DNA of 63,775 nt, counting the filler, from Choristocarpus tenellus KU-1152 (lineage: Eukaryota > Protista > Phaeophyceae): assembly GCA_964200185.2 (NCBI GenBank). It is 9 parts of 9 records of this genome, joined end to end, with 100 filler letters (N's around TTAATTAATTAA, not from the genome) between each part and the next. Parts side by side here need not be neighbours in the genome. Positions count along the whole stretch, not along the records: positions 48,062 to 58,944 come from CAXNAD020002650.1; positions 59,045 to 63,775 come from CAXNAD020013297.1; 7 more parts are not named here. One strand, given 5' to 3'. Position 1 is the first letter of the stretch. The number at the start of each line of letters is the position of its first letter. The notes below the pieces were generated by a model that saw only the letters and a list, made by a program, of their open reading frames with translations, was not told where the DNA came from and did no database searches. The position numbers were made by a program, and so were the translations under genes. Positions 56,407 through 63,775 of the stretch are shown here, one piece after another.

Positions 56407-58059
56407 CTACCTCTGTGCCATAAGTTTGTGCCGCGAAACATCTGAGCTCGCCGAGCGAGAATGGCGCTGAATCGGATGAACCCCACATATTGAAATCAGG
56501 TTGACAATCTCAGCGTTCAGAAAAGGTGGGGGTCGAGGATCATCAGGTACAAACTTGAGGTACTTCAAGCCATCAAAGTAGGGGTCTTTTGGGGTGATTC
56601 TGAGGCCAGAACTGGGCACATTGAGGGCAACCCCCTTGTCGACCCCCCCCGCGTAGGAAGGGTGCCCAAGTGTCTCTGAATACCAGGGTCGTGCTTGCAG
56701 TGCGGCACGCCCTCGCGATGGTCCCTGGTGAGCATAAACTGCCACGACACGTTGGGCCAGCCCTTGCAGCGGAGTTTGGAGTGTCCGAGCGTTACATGCG
56801 AGGGCTCTGGGAGGACGTCGCCAATCAGCTTGCCCGTGGCCACATGCTTGACCTAGGGGTGGCGGCACATAGTGGACAGCCTTCAGAGCTCACACCGACC
56901 AAGATGGCTGTAATACATAGTATCAACTCCGATAATCGGTCATCCACAGTGCATCAGGTGACAATGAAGACGACCTCCAAGGGGCAGAATTATAGGACGA
57001 GCACCATGTGGTTGGATGGTATGGGGGCCATGCCGAATCACAGCTGGATCAAACCCAAGCTTATATCATGGCAAAAGGTATGGAGAATGGACTTTGTTTG
57101 CGATCAAGTGGACCGGAAACGTGGTGTCTACACCTCCATGGCGAACACGATCCATGTGGCTGAAACTTGGTTTGACATGATGGCTGATGAGGAAAGGGTT
57201 AGCGTATTTCGGCATGAGGATGATAGCGACCTTCCAGGGTCTATTGTGCAGCACAAGAGTCATATCCCCAAAGCAATGATCATTGCAGCCAATAACCGCC
57301 CAGATTCGGCTCACAGCTTTGATGGAAAGCTTGGTGTTTGGCGTGTGTGTGCACCAAAAACGGCTGACAGGACAAGCAAGAACCATATAAAGGGGGATAT
57401 GTATGAGCAGGACTGCACTTTGGACCATTTGCGGTACAGGAAGTGGCACACGGAGGTACAATCAAGACCAAGATGCCTTGGTTGCAGGGGAAGCACGTTG
57501 TCATTCAGCAAGATGGTGCCACCCCCCACACGGGCAGAGGCAACTCAGAAATCTTGTCAGGGGCAGGGAAGACAAAGGGGTGGTCGATTAGGCTTGTGAC
57601 ACAGCCATCTAACTCCCCCGACCTCAATATCATTGACCTGTGCTTCTTCAGGTCTTTGAAATGCTGGGTGATGGGGAGCGGTTTAGGTCCGTTGAGGAGA
57701 TGGTGAAGGTCATTAAGAAACAGTATAAGGATTATGATGAAACCACGCTTTAGAGGGCTTGGGGGCTCCTTTTTGTGGTGTACAATCAAGTACTTAGATA
57801 CAAAGGGGGAAGGACTTCAGTGTGGAGCACACAGGGGTAAGGAAGAGGCAGTTGTCTGGTGAACTTGAAAACATGCCGAAGGTAGACATGGAGGCTTTTT
57901 CTGTGGCTGATAAAATTTGATGGATGGGCAGTAATATTAATAAAAAGAGCTGTCGCCAACCATAAATTCGTCAAGGACTTCAAATATTCTTTCAGAAATG
58001 AGTTTCATCATCTTCAAAAGTTATGGACAATGCAGCACAGACTTATGGCACGGATGTAG
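56407..58059 (+). mobile_element. Tc1/mariner DNA transposon related to plant-type (DD39D) mariners; full-length, inactive
   Basis: 28-bp imperfect TIRs CTACCTCTGTGCCATAAGTTTGTGCCGC / GCAGCACAGACTTATGGCACGGATGTAG with TA TSDs (56405-56406, 58060-58061). Confidence 0.92.
56670..57870 (+). pseudogene. Mariner transposase pseudogene (DD40D spacing)
   Basis: IHVAETWF (first Asp replaced by Ala), VQHKSHIPK, DGKLGVW, IQQDGATPH, QPSNSPDLNIIDLCFF; frameshifts near 57455 and 57690. Confidence 0.88.
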
Positions 58060-58898
58060 TACGTTACAAGAAAATGTGAAGGGAGAAAAGTCTAAAACGT
58101 GTATCACATTAGATCTATATTAGATTACTACTGATGTATGTGTAAGAACACATGTAGCTCTAATAGATCACGTATGCAGGTATTAGTTTATGTATGGGTA
58201 TTTCTCTTCTTACGTAAAATAAAACCATACATCTAGAAAAATAGAAAACCTATCTACAGGATCTCTCTATATAGAAACATTTGTACATTATACAAATGTG
58301 TACATATAAAGAGTCCCCTCTGGGAAGATTGTGAGGGTTCGGGGTGGGTGGGACAGGGAAGGAGTGGAGGGAACGTTGTGACCCCTTACGTCTTCATACG
58401 TGAGGGAGCTTGTTTTGTTAAAGTCAGGTAGGTGTTGCATCGAGATCTTACCCACATAGGAACTATACCGTAAAAAAGCTCCAAAGGACCGATGCTGATA
58501 CTTACAGACAGAGAGACTGATGAATTATTTCGTTGCACACGGTACATATGTGAGAGTTGAAAAGGGAGTTGTGTGGAGCCAGTACTGGTAAGGTTTTCTA
58601 TAATTTTAAAGGATTTTTTTGGAACAATATAGCGCTAACACTTGTAGAAACCCACGTGTGAGAAAAGACATGGTACTGCTTACAAGGTGTTGGTTATAGA
58701 GATGTATAATATCATACAGTAGAACTCGAACTTCAAACTAATCACAAAAGAGGAAAAGCAGGTCTTGGTCTATAGAGCTGGTAGGTTTGTAAAGGCAGAG
58801 ATTACTTGGTTCTATACAGTATATACTTTAGAGGAACCCAAAGAGTCAGTCCTGGCAAGGTAAGACAGGAATTACTGGAGTACTTGATTTTACATGGT

Positions 58899-58944
58899 GG
58901 CTCAAAGTATCTGGGGGGGGGGGGTGGCAGCTGTCCATTTGGGG
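58899..58944 (-). mobile_element. MITE family B end (truncated by contig end)
   Basis: GGCTCAAAGTATCT-polyG-TGGCAGCTGTCCATTTGGGG. Confidence 0.78.
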
Positions 58945-61105
58945 NNNNNNNNNNNNNNNNNNNNNNNNNNNNNNNNNNNNNNNNNNNNTTAATTAATTAA
59001 NNNNNNNNNNNNNNNNNNNNNNNNNNNNNNNNNNNNNNNNNNNNTTTTTTTTGTCTCTATCATAGTCCAGTTCACGTGCTCATATTTCCTACCCCATCAG
59101 GATGGTCCATGGGAAGAGACAAGTCATTCTCAAGTGTTAACCATTTGTTACAGCTTTCCCCCCCACCTCCCAAAGGTAGCACAGTACCAAATACAATACA
59201 AAGATCATCGGGCTGACGATATTGAGGCCAAACTGGACATTCCCTCCAACCAGGTATTAAGAAATCGGTGAGCAAAATAAGGCATACCACCAAAATATAT
59301 ACTAAAAGAAGGTATATGCTTAAATACTCCATACCGCCACTGTTTTCTTCACAGTCATACTATTCCACTGATACCACTTTTTAGTATTCAGTACCCTGGT
59401 ATACAGACTCTGTAAGTTTGTATCTTATGGGGGAGGACAGCGGCACCATGAGCTCTTTCAACAGATACTACTGCCAGTTTCCTCGCATCATATTTATAAT
59501 TCAGTACTGAAAAGATAAAAAAAAATGAGCACATGTTCGAAAACAGTTAAAAAAAAAAAATTCATTGCATCTTGTTTACACCCCTATGCCACACCTCCTT
59601 TGACCACAAACCAAACCTACCTGCGTGCGGCCCCTTCACACCAATGCAAAAACAAACAATTTTTTTTTGGCAAGAACAATGCATGCATGCGTGTCTCTCT
59701 GTTGCTTCTGACAGAAAAAAAAAGATCTAGCAATATGAACAAAAGCAGTCATCGCTTCTGCTACCCAATACACTACACAGCGTACAGTGAGAGAGACCTA
59801 CAAAATAGTATCGATGCACTCGGTGGGGTTTTGTGGTGCTTACTTTATATCATTTCGATGAGTCTAACGGAAAGCCCCTGACCCTAGCAGCACAGAACAA
59901 AAATAAAAGACAGCAGAGTGACACTGATAGGAGAGTGTTAGGTATACCCATGCTCCGTGTCACCCCTATTGAGCAAAGATGACAAAAACATAACAAATGC
60001 TTTTTAACTCTTCGGGTCTATGGCAAAACAAGGGAGAGCACGCTAACTAGGAGAGGAGCATGGGAAAACGTTCTGAATGAGCTGTATTCTTGTCATAAAC
60101 AACCAATGAGAAAATTATGAAGGACTTTGTGAGAACAAAACCGCCGATAGTTCATGTACTATGATGCCATGTTAATCCAGTATGTAAATTCGAGAGTAGA
60201 TATTATATTTGCAACTATCCTATACTACCAACTTAAAAAGAATGGAAGTATACTTTAGCGTAGAATGCTTTACCTTTTTTCGGGAGGGAGGAGGGGGGGA
60301 AGGCATACTTTATATTTGCTGAAGGGGGGCCGAGACGAGCACAAATTGGTAGCATTTTTAAGGGTATATTTGGCGTAACTGAAAGGTCTTCCATAAAAAG
60401 AGCTTCCTATCGAATATTCTTTTGTACAAATTGAATATCTACACTTAGGTAATAAGTCATAATCACGACTTACACAATTTACGCAACACACACTTGGTGT
60501 GCATAACACCTCAATTAATCGATCAAACGAAACCTGAAAAGTCGAAAAGAGACAGTCTGTGCCTGTACATCAGATAGTTCATGCCCTTCCTCCTGTTATG
60601 ATGCACACCCGGAACACGCTGTGTATGTCTTGTGCCAATTCGAAGACTTTTCTAGTTCCACGGGCCCAGCACAAGTTACCAGTGACCAGCGAAGGCAAGT
60701 ATATTAGTACAATGTACTCCGATATACTCTTTTGCTTTTTTCGCATTTCAGCATCACAGCAAAAACCATCTTGGTACGTAGCTACTGGGTGATGCCAAGA
60801 TTGTGGGGACACTTGTAAGGAGACGTTCAAGTGAATCATCGTTCTCATACCTTGACTTCTGTTCAAGCACAATTCAGTTCTAAAAAGACTGTAGCAATAT
60901 TCATGCCGACCACCCCAAATGACTGATTAATAAAATCTGTACTGCAACTAAGGGAGACAAAAGAACCGTGACTGCTGTTTAATTAAATGCCGTGCTGGCG
61001 TGACAGGAACAAGAAAACAGCCTCCTGAACGGGTATCGGTAAAATAATGCCCGTTAACAGCGTTACAGTTGGAATGGTCCTGAATGGTCCTGGAATGAGG
61101 CTTAC

Positions 61106-61234
61106 CTGCCATCGCTCCCCGCATTGCCCCCACCACGGCATGGGAAGAACAGCTCTGCTTGTCGTCCTCCGAATAGGCAACATCACGGACTCCCCATTTG
61201 CTCATCCCCGCGATGCCCCGCGTGGAAGGATCGC
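61106..61234 (-). CDS. Candidate exon of an unknown gene
   Basis: CTAACAG acceptor and GTAAG donor flank a 129-nt open GC-rich segment (DPSTRGIAGMSKWGVRDVAYSEDDKQ...). Confidence 0.35.
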
Positions 61235-62139
61235 CTGTTAGACGATAGCAAAACACACACACACACAGCTTATCGAAGACCAATCACTGGTTTATAGTGA
61301 GGGCGGGGAGCCTGGGGGATTAAAGGGAAGACGTAAGGAGAGAATAACATCAATCCAAGGAAGGGCTCAATAGGGCGCCCATCCACCAGCCCAAATCACA
61401 GGAGGATTGTTGTTGAGAGAGAGACGACGCACGAGAAAAAACGAGTTGACTGGACCCGATCCAGTGCCAACACAACAGAGCCTTCACGCACATCATTCTT
61501 TCCCCTTATGCTAAGAGCATCTTCGAAAAAAGAGGGGACATAGCGCAATCGTCATCCATCGGTCACATTGACCATTCGACAGGCAGGACATTTGAAGGAC
61601 CTCAGTTCAAGTTGCGATCAGATTCTGAATCCCTACCCACCTCGAAATTTTGTCATGAATACCATAATGCAATTGACCAATTGAAGTAATAACAGATCAA
61701 ACCACCCTAATTCTTACGCCAGGAAGTATTTCAAGGACCCACTTCCCTTCCTATTCCACACTTTCTATCGGTCGAGACCTTGCAAACGATTGCCCGTATT
61801 TCTATCTATTTTTCTCATGCGCCGCCAATGTGCCTTCTCTCTCACACAATTTTTTTGCAACTGGCGGGACTAACCTCACTTCGACCTCAACCCCGTGAAG
61901 CACCCCGACAGCAGTCTTTATTGTTGTACTTTTGAAGGTGGATATTGGGGTCGTAGAGTACATTTTCTCTAGGGTTAAGGTCTTTTTTAAAGTTATAGTG
62001 TTAGGGTTTGGCTCCAAACAGAAGAGGAGAGGAGAGGGGGAAAACGAGCACGGAGAAATGGTACTGTTGGCAGCACCAACAACCTAATCCTCCCTGGTTT
62101 TTCACAACCATATTATCTAAGCTTTCATTCTCACCCCAG

Positions 62140-63110
62140 CCCTGGGAACCATCCCTCTTGCCCCATTTGATCCAAACTCAAACTGCAAACTCAAGTCGTC
62201 CTTTTGCCCTCTTGGTGACGAGATTGCGACTTATCCCCAGTCACTCACCACAAGTTGTGGGTCAAAGAGACGATGGACTAAGGGGATGGGATACTTTCTA
62301 AGGTCCCCCCAAGGTGAGTATTTCCTTGATACTCGATGCCTGTCGTCGCTGGATACCTCGTCATGTCGCCCGTTATTGTGGAGCGCGAGTAAGCCATATT
62401 TGTCTTTCCCCCAGCCGTTGCAACTTGTCGCGATTGGCTGAGGTGATACTCTTTAAAGATTGCATACATCATGAGCTAGATACGTGTGGTGCCTGTACCC
62501 TCAACGGCCTCTTAGGGACTTGGACTGGTTATTGATCGTGCCGCGCGGCTTCCGCGCGATCTCGATCGATGTTGACTGCAACTTAAATCCATTTTCAATT
62601 TTCGACTTACCGTTGCCGCAAACCTTGGATCGAATCACCCGACCCTCTTCTTGACTCTACTAACATGCAGGTTGGCTATTGAGCCCCCACAGGTAAGAGG
62701 GTTTGTGGGGGGGTTGGGGAGGTTCCTGTGATTGGAGAATCATGTCATCTTCGAGATCGTCCAAGAGGAGAAGTAGAGATGGGGGCTCCTCTCGCCTTGG
62801 TCTTCCTGATGCTACTGAGGAAGAACCCACTTCTGGAAGGTGAATATCTTTGATTTTTGTTTTACATGGGAATCGTTAATGATAACCATAAATACTACAA
62901 TTGTAAATCTTTATTGATTAGCCAAGTTTCTGATATGAGATGAAAGAACAAGTTGATCATGGCAGATGCCCAAGGTCTTCACCCCATTACCTTGTCTTCT
63001 TTCTGTTAGCATTGGTTTAACTTATTTGCTCACCCTTTACTTCCCCCAATATCAGGCCAATACGAAAGACACGACTCGGTGGGCGTTCAGCTTCTGCCAG
63101 TGAAACTCAG
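62140..63110 (+). CDS. Candidate unknown gene, 3 phase-compatible exons (62140-62313, 62671-62692, 63056-63110)
   Basis: CAG acceptors, donors GTGAGT/GTAAG/GTGCA and a TACTAAC branch point at 62658. The spliced frame is open: LGTIPLAPF...MGYFLRSPQG/WLLSPHR/PIRKTRLGGRSASASETQ. Confidence 0.45.
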
Positions 63111-63775
63111 GTGCAAACATCTGTTCCTTCATTCATATGCTCCCCCTTCCCTCCCTGTTAAGATGTCTCCCCTCCATTAACCTATTAAACTGATGTGCTT
63201 GCCCCTTTTATTCTTTTTTGTTAAAAGCCAATGTGTTTGATTATTTTTCCTGACACAAAACGTCTGCCACAACTATGAGTAAGATCCTCCCCACCTCCAA
63301 CGCTGCCCTTTCCCTCTTATTGAAGGGAATTAACATATTTTTTGTGGCAGTACGCTTGCAAGCTGTTTAGAATGTTTATCAGTTGCTCAGTTTATTTTTG
63401 CAAGTACATTGAGGATTTTATCATTAAGCATTTGTGTGCCTTAAGGGGGGACTGGGGACCAAAGTCACTGTGTGTGACCCCTCTTTCGAAGTCCCCAGCA
63501 AGTATGTCCTCAAAATACCACACACCTGATGTCGCCCCACTGTAGGACAGTTAACATAGTAGAGCTCCTTGCTCACCAACAAAATCTGTCCAACTGGGGA
63601 AGCTATTCCCGGTATATTAATGGTTATGCTGCAGTGTGACTGTCTTGGCAGGCTTGATTGTTGGGGGCATATTTCTCCCCAACTCCATGTCTCATGTCTG
63701 AAAGCCCTTTTAAGAGTTACTGATATCCCCCCCCCTCACCTTCCCCTTCCTATTGTTCACTTTCCTCTACCCCCC

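Noticed and set aside
56407-58059. Fanzor/TnpB cargo within the mariner or Sola-like elements
   Set aside because: No RuvC/zinc-finger TnpB motifs were seen; the mariner has room only for its transposase.

Overview
This is eukaryotic nuclear DNA, most likely a photosynthetic stramenopile (brown-alga-like). The inference rests on spliceosomal introns, a signal peptide + 'ALA-F' bipartite plastid-targeting motif, a stramenopile-type bZIP-associated NTF2-like domain and interstitial TTAGGG repeats. The window is not contiguous: nine contigs are joined by eight 100-bp N44-TTAATTAATTAA-N44 linkers, so adjacency across linkers is meaningless. Genes: partial cytosolic-type prolyl-tRNA synthetase (4 exons), one orphan TFIIH p62-like exon, a plastid-targeted SAP-domain protein, a degenerate mitochondrial-carrier-like protein, a RluA-family pseudouridine synthase, a USP30/UBP27-like deubiquitinase, a partial TPX2-like gene, a bZIP-related protein and weak gene fragments at the end. 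Mobile DNA: a decayed, intron-containing Sola2-like DDD transposase, a full-length but inactivated DD40D-spaced mariner (TA TSD), a CRE-like non-LTR fragment and a degenerate Tc1 fragment. The most notable pattern is a set of at least 3 related MITE families (about 14 full or partial copies). They share the terminus G(A/G)(G/C)TCAAAGTATCT and an inner inverted repeat GTCCRTTT/AAAYGGAC, carry 3-4-bp TSDs, and may be linked to the Sola2-like element and its AAAGTAT-palindrome tandem array. No CRISPR array, rRNA or tRNA was recognised.
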